A stretch of DNA of 64,000 nucleotides from Chara braunii (GCA_003427395.1 BFEA01000001.1:9393741-9457740), one strand, 5' to 3'. Numbered from the stretch's first letter, positions 50,771 through 62,724 are shown. The notes: generated by a model from the sequence alone, not told the origin. Translations and numbers: made by a program.

Positions 50771-51435
50771 CTATCCAGAGGCCTAGCTCAGTTGGTTAGG
50801 CACGCAAGTGGCATTCAGGAGGTTGTGGGTTCGAGCCCCACAACCGCCTGTGGCGCTCTTAGTGCCAACCAGCGGTGATAGTCGGCTTGATACCTCTGAT
50901 CGGTATCAGCGGGGTCCCTGGCGAACACAGGTGTGAGCATGAGTGTGATTGGGTTGTGTGTGGTGTGTGGGAGAGTGTTGGCCTTAGACACTCCTGATAT
51001 TCGGTTGGGGGTGGGGGATGATGAAAAGGGAGGTGCAGCTACTGACAAAATGCTCGGCCTTTGATTTAGCCGGACTCCGACCGGCGGCCCCACCCCATTC
51101 TTGACCACCGTGGTTGGGGCGGGGGGCAACATGCATCCCCTCTGATGGCTGGAGAGAGACAACAAAGCTATGTTTGCAGGGGTCCCCTGTATAAGCCTTA
51201 GGAGTAGCGGTAGGTAGGTAGTGAAGGTTTTTTTTTTTTTTTTTAAACCGGGCCCGGTGCCCAAGGCTTGATATTACCAATAATCAGATTGAGGCCGGGG
51301 TCCTCACAATCTACCCGAAGTGATCAAACCGAAAACTGCTGAGGTAGGTAGTGAAGGTGAATTGAAAGAATTTGAAAGATGATGAAAGATTTGAGAGAAG
51401 AAAAAAGATACAAAAAAAAAAGAAAAAAGACAAAG
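50771..51435 (+). mobile_element. tRNA-derived SINE (~530 bp without the nested insert)
   Basis: A-box TAGCTCAGTTGG and B-box GGTTCGAGCC at 50785-50838; A-rich tail; TSD AAAAAAGACAAAG on both sides. Confidence 0.85.
51228..51341 (-). mobile_element. Short LINE 3'-tail insertion inside the SINE
   Basis: Poly-T at 51228-51244; TSD AGGTAGGTAGTGAAGG at 51212-51227 and 51342-51357; similar to the 3' UTR at 8680-8745. Confidence 0.85.
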
Positions 51436-51477
51436 GGGAAGGGCATGCTCGGCGCCCGCCACCTAGAGATAGACCAC

Positions 51478-51937
51478 TGGATCCCCCGATTGGCATTTAG
51501 CAGAGTCTGCTGATGTTCATAGGGGAGGGGACCTGAGGGGAGGCANGATCCCCCGATTGGCATTTAGCAGAGTCTGCTGATGTTCATAGGGGAGGGGACC
51601 TGAGGGGAGGCACAGGGATTGGTCCTGTTGGCATGGTCCCTGATGCTTCCCCCGATTGGCACTTAGCAGAGTCTGCTGATGTTCATAGGGGAGGGGACCT
51701 GAGGGGAGGCACAGGGATTGGTCCTGTTGGCATGGTCCCTGATGCTACCGGCCCCCTAGCCGGTATCGCCCACCTGCAGGTCGGGAGCAGCCCCCGCATG
51801 TTCTCTCGTGAACACGGTTCTGGCTGCTACGGGGTTCCCCGTATGCCTACAATTAGGAGTAGTGGTAGGTAGGTAGTGTGAGGTGAAATTGAGAGAAGAA
51901 TATAGCTTTAAAAAAAAAAAAAGAAAAAAAAAAAAAA
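51478..51937 (+). mobile_element. SINE-related 3' fragment with three ~66-100-bp internal tandem repeats
   Basis: CCCCCGATTGGCA.TTAGCAGAGTCTGCTGATGTTCATAGGGGAGGGGACCTGAGGGGAGGCA x3; tail TTAGGAGTAG.GGTAGGTAGGTAGTG shared with the 50771 SINE; poly(A). Confidence 0.7.
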
Positions 51938-54054
51938 GAGAGAGACTACCATCTAATTTTCAAAGACTGGACAAACACAGCGAGAGATTGGGGTTTTTCA
52001 GAATAAGGGACAGGACACTGAGCCCGGGGCCTTCAGGGGAATTTGCTGGGTTAACAATCCTCACGGAACGACCAAAATCATACAGGGGGCTGCGGACACC
52101 TGGGAGTTCTTCCAAGTACATCAGTCGCTAGCTTCTAGGTGGAGGCTGAGTTGGATGCTAAGTAGGAGCCCTGTGATGGGTAGGGATAATTCGCAGCTCC
52201 AAGGGACAGGGTGCTCCACTATAGCCTCACTACTGGCCCGTATTGCTTTATTGAAGGGACGCTGGACCCGGTTTCCAGCAGGGTTCATTTTGGCTGGTTC
52301 AGAGAGGAAGGGAGACAGAAGGGGTAAGCAGGGAGAGTCGGTAGCTGTGCATTTTCTCCCTGCCTAACCTCACTCACTATAGGCTTACTAGCTCGCATTC
52401 ATTTTACATTCCAANCGCATGTCTGTTAACAAAACAATTNCAATGTACAGGGACGCTGGACCCGCTTTCCAGCAGGTGCTGCTCCCCACCAATAGATGGA
52501 GCCTCCCCGGCAATACTAGCGGTGCCTGCTCTTATCAGCACCCCTAGTATCTGCCTGGGCTGATTCTTTAAAAAAAAAAAAAAAAAAAAAAAGAACCCTC
52601 GTTCCCACTACGCCCTCCCTCGGACTTTCTAGACCCGTTCCCACCTCATGCCCTTTCCCTGGCAGAGATTCTGTCCTAAATAATAAAATACTTAGCCGAG
52701 TCTCTTTTACACCCACATGCATCTGAATACACATACACATACATAATTTATATGCTCACATGTGGAACTCCTCCCTGGAGCCCCCTGGGGAGAACTCCAC
52801 TAACATACATGTCTTTTTACATATCTGTTTCCTTTTTGCTGCTCAGTTAGCCCCCCTTTCTTTCGATTGGGGTAGTCAATGCTGGCAGTCTGAGTACTCT
52901 GAGCAATTTGTGTCTTTCATGTGTAATGGGACGCTGGACCCGGTTTCCAGCAGGTGCAGCTCCCCACCAATAGATGGAGCAGCTGGAGGCTATTACTAGC
53001 GGGGGATGCTTGTATCACCCCCTCTAGTAGACAGCTAAGGATTTTCAAAAAAAAAAAAAAAAAAAAAAAAGTGAATTATCTAAAAGAAAATGAAGGAAGA
53101 TAAAGGGAAGCTTGTACATACTTTACCATCATGGAAGCCAGGAAGTGGAAGTTTTTTTTTTGTCAGTTTAATGGACCACTCTCCATCTATTCGTGGGGAG
53201 CAACACCTTGAATAGGTAATCACCCACTCAAGCCCAACTGAAACTCTCAAACTCACCCACTCAAAACTCAATTGAGACTCTCAAACTCACCCACCTATTC
53301 AACACGATGAAGAGCTGTTGAATAGGTAATCACCCACTCAAACGCTACCAACACAGCCATATCCAAGGAAAGACCAGATCTCTCTACCAGGCCTCACACC
53401 CCTAATCCGGCTGGGTTACAGAGTTGGGCCAAATTGCTCCGTCTTTGTCTGTTTTGGTGCCTTTGTTATTTCTGATCCTATGGGTTATTTGGGGGCCCTG
53501 GAAGATGGTCTATGGGAGTCTTTTGATTCTGCTTTTTCTATTTCTGCTCTGCAATCTTTCTGAAGTCTCTTGGCCTTTCTGGTTCTATTGGCTATTTGGG
53601 TTTTTTTGTCTAGAGTTTCCGGCTTCTCTGGTTATATGGGCTATTTGGGGGCCCTGGAGGATGGTCCCCCTCACGGCTGTCTTGTTCTCTCTGGCTGGCC
53701 GACTGTTAGGCCTTCCCTGGGCCTTGATCGGGGGTCTTTTCCGCTGCTGATCATTAGCCGGTAGGGTGTCTCTAATTTTCGAGGTCCTGTCCCTTTCTAA
53801 GTCTGTTCGCTTCCTGACTATTTGCTACGTTAGGTGTTTTAGTTTTGGCTTTGATCTCTTGACCAACGGCTTATCTGGGCCTGTGATGAAGGCTCTTGGC
53901 TTTGATCTCCTGACCAACGGCTTATCTGGGCCTGTGATGAAGGCTCGTCGTTTCTAGAACTCTCCGGGGGGGGGTTTCTACGATCGTCCGATGTCTCTGT
54001 GTCAGGTCTGTGTTATATATTGAGAGCGCGCGTTCGTTTCTTCATCGTGACATA

Positions 54055-54102
54055 GACCCCTGACGAGTCCGATTCCGGCGTTCGGACGAAACTAGTCGGG
54101 TC
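54055..54102 (+). ncRNA. Type I minimal hammerhead ribozyme
   Basis: GACCC-CTGACGA-GTCCGA-ttccggcgt-TCGGAC-GAAAC-TA-GTC-GGGTC; predicted cleavage after GUC at 54097. Confidence 0.93.
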
Positions 54103-54669
54103 ATCTGCCGGAGAGCTGGACGGTGTCATTTGACTACATGGGCGCGATGCTTGCTGTTGGTTCAGGCTCCATAGCCACGTGCTTATTGAATATTTTGTGG
54201 CTATTTAGTCAGGTTCGGGATTCTGACGCGTCAACTCTTGTGATGTTTATTTCTGTGTCTTCTTTTTCTTCTCCTTCTTCTTCTTCATCCACTTGTCGTC
54301 TTTCTTTCCTCCGTTTGCCTCCTGTCGTGTCTGGACTTCTGTCTTTGGTCACTCTGTCTGTTCCCTTGTCGTCAGTATCAAGGATGTGTTGTGTCTAAAT
54401 GCATGTTATTTTGGATGATCTCACTAGTTGTATGGTCTATTTCCGATGGTTAGGTCCCTGAGGACCGTTGTCTGTTTTGCAAGCTTCCGTTGACTTTCCT
54501 TCGATGATTGTGAAAATCTCTCACCAAATTGCTCCAGCACCGGCCAGCGTCGCTCCGGTTTCGCCCGTTGCTCACTAGAAGTGCCCCCACCAAAACTTTT
54601 TCCCAGATCTCTCTACCAGGCCTCATGCCCCCAATAGGCTGGGTTACAGGGTTGCGCCACCTCGCCTCG

Positions 54670-56199
54670 TGTTGCATACCGTATAGGTGCAGACCAGAAC
54701 AAGAACCGACCTTTCAATACAAAGTATAAGATAGCACAGCGGAAGACTTAGATACCCGTGATCCGAACAATCAATGTTGTAATGCAGCCCTGAACATACA
54801 TCATCATCATCGTTTCATAGTGTGAATGGGTCTGGCGCTTCACACAGGAAGANNNNNNNNNNNNNNNNNNNNNNNNNNNNNNNNNNNNNNNNNNNNNNNN
54901 NNNNNNNNNNNNNNNNNNNNNNNNNNNNNNNNNNNNNNNNNNNNNNNNNNNNNNNNNNNNNNNNNNNNNNNNNNNNNNNNNNNNNNNNNNNNNNNNNNNN
55001 NNNNNNNNNNNNNNNNNNNNNNNNNNNNNNNNNNNNNNNNNNNNNNNNNNNNNNNNNNNNNNNNNNNNNNNNNNNNNNNNNNNNNNNNNNNNNNNNNNNN
55101 NNNNNNNNNNNNNNNNNNNNNNNNNNNNNNNNNNNNNNNNNNNNNNNNNNNNNNNNNNNNNNNNNNNNNNNNNNNNNNNNNNNNNNNNNNNNNNNNNNNN
55201 NNNNNNNNNNNNNNNNNNNNNNNNNNNNNNNNNNNNNNNNNNNNNNNNNNNNNNNNNNNNNNNNNNNNNNNNNNNNNNNNNNNNNNNNNNNNNNNNNNNN
55301 NNNNNNNNNNNNNNNNNNNNNNNNNNNNNNNNNNNNNNNNNNNNNNNNNNNNNNNNNNNNNNNNNNNNNNNNNNNNNNNNNNNNNNNNNNNNNNNNNNNN
55401 NNNNNNNNNNNNNNNNNNNNNNNNNNNNNNNNATGGGAATGTTGTCAACACCAAGTCTTCGGCACAAGCCCAAATAGTCCCTCGTCGAACTGTCTGAATC
55501 CCAAATGTCAAGTCTGGATCCAATGTCGTCAAGTCTCAAGTCACAACTCTGTCTCTCTCTGTCGTGGTCTGAGAAGTCAGGTGGCGAGAGGGTGAGAAGA
55601 GAAGGTGGACTTAGAAGAGGAAGAAGAAGAACTCTCTCTCTCTCTGTGTCCAGTACTAACCTGTGAAGTTGGCGCCTTGATGCAGGTACCACGAAGATGG
55701 AGCTGGTGCGATGGCGCCACAGGTAAGTAACACTGGCCTCCGCCAGTCTCTCTCCCACTCTGCGATCTACTACCTACCAGCGCCCAGCGCTGAAGACTAC
55801 AGCTATAGCTATGGCGCCCAGCGCCGAAGACTACAGCTAGCGCTACCACTACTGCCTAGCGCTGAAGACTACTGCAGCGCTCCTCCTGAGTGCTGCGGTC
55901 GAATCCTGAAGACTACCTCTGCCTACTGACTCCTTCCTGCAGGGCGGGCCAGTCCTTTATAGTGCTGGCCCGTGCAGGAGGCTGGCCGTGCCAATGCTCC
56001 CGTGGCCTAGACCTTGCGGAAGCTCCAGGCAAGAGCCTGGAAGTTCCTTGAAGTTTCCCTGTAGGGAAACAGGCTGGGGCCTGTAGGCCCTGTCAGAAGG
56101 AAGCTTCGAGGCAAGAGCCTGGAAGTTTCCCTGTAGGGAAACAGGCTGGAGGTCCGGGACGGGCCCTGCAGGGCCCGTGTGGCTGCACAGTATGCCACA
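54670..56199 (-). mobile_element. Solo LTR of the chromovirus family, 5-bp TSD CCTCG
   Basis: TGTTGCATAC...GTATGCCACA; CCTCG at 54665-54669 and 56200-56204; contains an N gap. Confidence 0.93.
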
Positions 56200-57425
56200 C
56201 CTCGACTCTGGCCAACGTCGCTCTAGCATCGACCATACATGAGCCACTGGATGCAATGACCTCGGCGAAGTCCTGATGAGCTGGCAAGTGTTCTATTCCT
56301 CAATACGTAAAACCACCAAACCACCCTCTCATGCACAAAAACATTGAGGAGGGTTGTTCACCCTTCCCCATCCCAAGGATTCTCTATTAAGTCCCACAAC
56401 TGTCTTGTGACCCAAGCTTTTAAACCTACAATTTCAAGAGCTAAGCTGGCTTTTGATCCACTGACTTGGACCTGGACTACTGCCATAGGGAGGGGTTGAT
56501 TGTGTACCCGATCCTTATCGATGTGGGAACGGGGCCCAACGTCCCATATCGAATTGTACAGATCATTGAGAAAATTTGAGATCATTTGAGATCATTTGAC
56601 ATACCGGGGCCATTGCCCGGCTTTGGCTGAGAACAATCTGTGAACACAATGTGATTAAGAAACATGGGGAGGATCATGAATATTTAATGACCTATTAGGG
56701 AACTAATCATGCAATAGCCTGCCACAGAGGTCCTACGAATGCTCACAACCCTCAGGATCCCTAACAAACCCTTCTCAGACTTTCCAACACCGTCTTACTC
56801 CCTGCTGAGCTCTTCCAGGCCTCACGCCCCCACCCTACTGGGTTACAGGGCAACACAACTCGCCCCAGCTCCGACCAGCGTCATCCCAGCAGCAACCCTT
56901 GGTTGTCCCTTGGGATGCCCACCCCAAAGCATCCCCAGATCTCTCTACCAGGCCTCATGCTCCTGCATCAGCAGGTTACAGGGCAACACCCCAGCACCGG
57001 CCAGCGTCGTTCTGGGATCGAACAGCTGCAGATCACTGAGTATAACAGCATTGAAACCGCCTAAGATGGATTGCTAAGAGTCCCTAAAGTTCTAAGACAT
57101 TCATAAGCACGACGGACTTTTTCTACCAAGTCAATAGAATATGTGTGTCACAAAGCCTCCCAACCACGAATCAGATAGGTGAAACCTATTCAATCCACCT
57201 ACGACCACCACCAGCATGGTTGTTTTCAGCATGAACCGAAGCTCTTCCAGGCCTCATGCTCCCAGAGTTGCACCACCTTGCTTACCCGATCATTACATAC
57301 CTTAACGGTTAAATCAACCTATCGAGTGCTCAGACTGAGAGTACACTTAAACGACAAGTACTTGCTTAAGTCGTGCCCCTAAACAAGCCACGATTTTAGG
57401 AGACGTATGGGCCAAGACAGGAGAT

Positions 57426-58321
57426 GAAGATGAAGGACTGTCGGCAAACAGCCTTAGCATGAGCCAGGATAGAAAAAATGCACCAATCCACACAATCCTG
57501 GACGCACACAGAAGATAATCGATTATAGAGCACTTTGTCTTTAAACACTCCCAGAGCCGAAACCCCAACCACCATGTCCATCCACCATCAAAGCGACCTT
57601 TCCTCAACGCGTTTCTACTACCCCGCCAGTAGCGTCATCAGGACGAAACTAATCCAATCGAACCACAGCTCGATGAAGGAGATCGATACCATAGCCTTAT
57701 CTCCTTTTATAGTTTATCCTATCCCGATACAATCCCACTCCCTACCGCGAAACCGCGAACGCGCCAGAAGAAGGTAACAATCCATCAGGCCAAAGTACCC
57801 GCCTAGGAAGCGAGCAAAGCAATATATGGAGAAAAGCCGAATTCGGTGGAGACAGCCGTCTAGATACCTGCATCCACCACAGAAAACACAAAACAAACAC
57901 ACAGCACAGACGAAAAACGAGACACAGCCAACCGCCATCGGTGCGACCGATCGCCGAGGAAAGAATCCAGGAGCCGTCATAGTGGAGAGCCGGTTTCCCG
58001 CTCAGTCGCACCTCCTCCAGGTACTCAGCCTGGGATCCGCCATTGGATCCCTCAAAACCGTAATCATGGCAGCAAGGCCACAAGAGCAAACCCAGAGCGA
58101 TCAGTGAGGGAGACGTCCCGCCACTAACAATAATAGTCCCCTCAGAAGAACCGCGGAAAAAACTACAATTCTAGAAGACAGCACTTCCACCATGGTGACA
58201 AGCCAGTCTCTTGTGGGGGCACACTTCCGTCACGCACTACGCCTGTGAAAAGTCATACGATCCCTTCAAACCGTATACGGCAGCAGGGCCTCAAGCCAAT
58301 ACCCAGAGCAATCAGCAAAGG
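57426..58321 (-). repeat. 3' pseudo-LTR of the second PLE, direct repeat of 63063-64000
   Basis: Highly similar ~0.9-kb copies flank the PLE ORFs. Confidence 0.92.
57600..57647 (-). ncRNA. Degenerate hammerhead ribozyme in the pseudo-LTR (second copy at 63279-63326)
   Basis: TTCGTC-CTGATGA-c-GCTACT-ggcgg-GGTAGT-a-GAAAC-GC-GTT-GAGGAA; mismatches in stems I and II. Confidence 0.65.
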
Positions 58322-58943
58322 CGACGTACTGGCATTAACTAGTATNNNNNNNNNNNNNNNNNNNNNNNNNNNNNNNNNNNNNNNNNNNNNNNNNNNNNNN
58401 NNNNNNNNNNNNNNNNNNNNNNNNNNNNNNNNNNNNNNNNNNNNNNNNNNNNNNNNNNNNNNNNNNNNNNNNNNNNNNNNNNNNNNNNNNNNNNNNNNNN
58501 NNNNNNNNNNNNNNNNNNNNNNNNNNNNNNNNNNNNNNNNNNNNNNNNNNNNNNNNNNNNNNNNNNNNNNNNNNNNNNNNNNNNNNNNNNNNNNNNNNNN
58601 NNNNNNNNNNNNNNNNNNNNNNNNNNNNNNNNNNNNNNNNNNNNNNNNNNNNNNNNNNNNNNNNNNNNNNNNNNNNNNNNNNNNNNNNNNTCAGAACCGT
58701 CCATCATACTCAAAAAAGTCGAGAAGGATACAAAACCAAGGGTCGATCAGGGCCTAAAGAGGCGACACAGGCCGGTGGGCCAAAAGAGCCAAAGGCCATC
58801 GAGCCAACAGAGTCGTTTATCCGTACCAAAACAGGAAACGAATGAGAAAGACACAGAACCATCAGTCAATCAGGGCCCAAAGAGGCAATACAGGCCGGTA
58901 AGGGCCTAGGAAAGGCAAACATGCCAATCCGTCAGATAAACCC

Positions 58944-61790
58944 TCAATAGGTCATTCGAGCCACAATTGCCGCCTCCACTGATCCCGTCTTCTCAACAAA
59001 GCCAGAGAAAGCTCGAGAAATAAGCCTCATAGGATATTTACGCAGAACTAATTCTCTTTGGACTGCAATGAAAGCGGTCATGCGTCCAAATCTATCGGAA
59101 GAGAGTCGGAAAACACGGTGTAACGTACCAGTAATGGCACCCACCTTCGCTTGTTTGAACGAATACGAATCGAAGTTCTGAAAAGAGCCAAAGGTGAGTC
59201 GTCCCAGGCGCCAAAGGCTATCAACATTCTTAACAATAGCCGAGGTGCGGATTGTGGCCTCTAGGCGTTCAACCAAGACTCCCGCAAAAGTCCAAGAATT
59301 CGTCCCCTCGTCAGTCCGCTCAAGCCTGAGCCGGTCCCCATAGCATCCCCGAAAGGAATCTATGATGGAAAAAGCTAAAAAAGGATCATCCCTGGACCGG
59401 ACTGCCACAAAGATAGTTACGTCATCAACGATCCTGAATCCAAAGACTAGTCGCTGATCAGTTCCGAGATATCAAAGGAAACGGTTTTCAATATACGCAC
59501 ATAGGATACAAGCCAAAGAGCAACTAGTAGACTTCCCCATAGGTACACCGATCACCTATTTCAATAATGTTTTCTCAGACCAAATATAAGTGAAGCTTAA
59601 ATCCACAGCAACCATGTCCTCAATCTCTTGCATAGAAACTCGAATACAATCCAGGCGATGAGAACCAAAGGATAGGTAAGCAGCCTTGCCTCGTCGAGCC
59701 ATATTAACACCGAAATATCCCTTATTGCGAAAGAAGGATACCAACCAACAAACAGCATCCCGAATATCTTCCTGAGGCAAAGATACAAACATGTCTTTCA
59801 CATCAAAAGAAGCAGAAAAGACATCAATCAGGTCGGGGAACTTCCCAAGGATGTCATCCATCCTGCGCAGGCCAGAGGTGAACATATGAACGGAACGGAG
59901 ATTGAAGTTCGATCTCCAAGGTAAGGCGAAAAGCAAGCAGTTAAGGGCCCTAGCCACCTGAGAGGCGACCAGCCGTGTAGGTTCAAAAAAGGTTAGAGAA
60001 ATGGGACGCCATCTCAGAAGGTCCTTCTGTTTGGGCAAAACATAAGCCATGCCAAAGCGCCCCCTAGGATCCCATTTTCCTAGCCTATCGAGTGCGAAAT
60101 CCCAAAACCGCTCTTTCATTCGTCCCAAAACCTCGTCCTGCGATTCCTCCGCCGGCCGAAAGGAGGAGCTAAAGTCAAAAGCCATATGCAAAAAGTGTCG
60201 ATACAGTACCGGACAGATAATCAGAGTATCCGCAGGGTTGCGGTCAATCGGAACACACACAAACCGGCGCAATCGCTCAAACCATGGCCTCAGGAGTGAG
60301 TTCATCAAAGGATCTTTAGGGCGAGCGTCCGACCAACAACCTCGCAGAAGAACCGGATCAATCACAAAAGACGAGCTAAAGGTCATGCACACAGCCACCA
60401 ACTCCTTTCCCAGATATGATATCCCCATGCGAAAATCAGAAAGAGGTATATTACGAGAATTCAGGAAAAGGTCAGGGAGAAAAAGAATATCCTCAATCCT
60501 GGTCATCACATGACATCCATATCTTTTCCAACCAAATTCTTCAATGCAAGCGCAACTAGAAGGAGCCTCCCCTCGCAAGAAACAATTCTGTGTCCAGATA
60601 AGATCCCCCACCTTCCGGTTCTTCCTCCAAACCAGGCGTATCCGACGCTTGACAAGTTCACGAACCGAGAAAGGGAAAGCTGAATCATCAATTATCCGTA
60701 CCACCAGACCAAGGATATATCTAGACTGTAGTCGATGATCATAAGTTACCCGAACCACAACCTTTCTACGGATATCAAAACCGATCTTCCTCTTAACAGC
60801 CCGAGCAGTAATTGCTTTCAGAGCCGCCCGGGTGTCTTTCCGGGAAAACCCCCTTGCTGCTTTAAATAACCGCACTAAACTGTCCACAGATCTCGTGTAC
60901 AAGGTTCTTCTTCGCCACGGCTGTTGGAGAAGGAGATGAAGCTCCCCCTTATAGATGGATCTACCATTAGGGGTAATTATCAACGGTCCGATCAGAAAAT
61001 CACCCCCGACTTCCAAATTATGGCGAACATCAGACAGACAGGAAAGCCGGTTTATCAGAGATACAGGGGAAGTACCAAAAATTCTCCGTATCACCGACCA
61101 CCTATCCGCCCAGCTTCGGCAAGGTGAAACTTCAACCCGTACGTACCGAGTTCCTACCACGTGAGCGTGTCTAAGCAAGCCAACCAGGCTATCAGTCCAT
61201 GATCTACCCTCAACACGAAATTTGACGAAAGTCGAAACCCGAGAAACCAGCAAAGGAGGTTCATCCCTACGCTGACGGGACAACCTGTATGTCCTGTTGC
61301 TCCTTCGTTTGCTTCGTCTAGAATTCAAAAAAGGGTCCATGTATCTGATAACCGCCCGTTCGGCTGTATCTACCGAAGAAAGCCCATTTACAAGTGGTAT
61401 GGCAACATACTTCCATACCCCAAAATGCCGCAACCATTTGTATAACCTAGGAGATACACCGGAACCACCGAAAAAGGTGGTTCGAACATGCTCCCCCCAT
61501 CGGATACACAAACCCCGAACCATACTACCGACGTACTGAGCTCGACACCAAGGGGACGACAACAGATAGACCACCAGACCTTTGTCCTAAGAAAGCCAGT
61601 CAAGAGAACGAATAAGTCCTTCGAACTTTCGACACCAAACCACCTCCCCCACCAAGGCAAGCGCAGCAAAACACAACGTACAACATTTGTCATCGAGTAA
61701 CCGAACTTTAGACGACAAATTGAAAACAAAGGCATCAGTCCGGCATTTCATGACATCCAACAGATTGCGCCACAGGTGAAAAGAGGAGAA
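58944..61790 (-). mobile_element. Penelope-like element ORF (GIY-YIG + RT), with in-frame stops
   Basis: VYLLSSPWCRAQYVGS....RWGEH...E...MDPFLN; YVLPKQKD..RWRPI; FDVKDMF; GVPMGKS; FRIVDD. Confidence 0.9.
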
Positions 61791-61799
61791 CCGTGTTAC

Positions 61800-62724
61800 T
61801 CATGCGGGGTCAGATTCAGCATTCTCAGGTGACGGAGGCGGAGAATTAGCAGCAGCTTGAGCCGGGACCAAAACGAAGCCTTCGTAGGCCAGTCTGGTCC
61901 TTGCAGCAATGATCCGATCAATGGAGGGTCCCTTAGTAATAATGAAGTCCCTCGTTAATACAGATCTTCTTAAGTTGATCCTGGCGAAGCCCCTCCAGTG
62001 TCCTTCGTTGTTCCAAAATGTAATGAAGAATTTCATCCGGTCCCCCAGCAGCAGGCACCTTCTTTGCTCTTCCCTCCGCTTGCCTAGAGCACTCGGCTCG
62101 GTGCGAGCGTCATCCGCCACAGAGCCTTCCATGTTGAAGGTCGGCTGTCTAAATCCCACCCCCTCAGACAGCGGAGTTTTACCCCGCCTACGCTTCTCCC
62201 GAAGCGTATACAGGCGTCGGATCTCGTCATCAATGTCTTCCACCTCACCATGTTCATCATCACACACCTCCCGCCTTCGAGACAAGGGCGGTGTTCATGC
62301 TAACTTGATCTCCTCTCGCCTAGCTTCATCCCGGTTAGCGATAAACTGACGCCCGAGCGGCGCCAGCAATTCCGCCTTAGTTGCCTCGGCATGACGGGCC
62401 GTCTTGCTCCTGGATGCGCTGTCGGTCTTCCATTTCCTTTCGGAGCGCCTCCTGCTGCTTGCGCTCATTGAGAAGAGTCCGCAAGAACTCCTTCTCCTCG
62501 ACATCTTCCTGATTGCGGCGAGGTGTCCAAAAACGTGGCGTAGTAGGGGTAGAAGTCCCAGCACCATTAGCTCCAGGCCCTCCCGGGTTAGAGCGTACAG
62601 TCAGACACTCCCGGGCAAAATGCCCCTCCCCCCCGCACGAGAAACATTTCAGATTGCTCGCCATACCGTAATCGAGGACACGACTAGCACCAAACACACG
62701 AATAACTCTAGTCGTGCCTAACAA
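61800..62724 (-). pseudogene. Upstream gag-like ORF of the PLE (CCHC zinc knuckle + charged coiled-coil), frameshifted
   Basis: MASNLKCFSCGGEGHFAREC; E/R/K-rich segments continue across ORFs 62377, 62295 and 61800. Confidence 0.75.

Noticed and set aside
50779-50851. Functional tRNA gene
   Set aside because: Anticodon and acceptor stems do not pair properly; it is the head of a SINE
52450-52550. Main motif as an HDV-like, hammerhead, twister, pistol or 5S-derived RNA
   Set aside because: By eye I could not fit the catalytic cores or the 5S sequence on either strand; needs an Infernal search to exclude formally
56270-56320. CTGATGAG as a hammerhead core
   Set aside because: No stem II or properly placed GAAA
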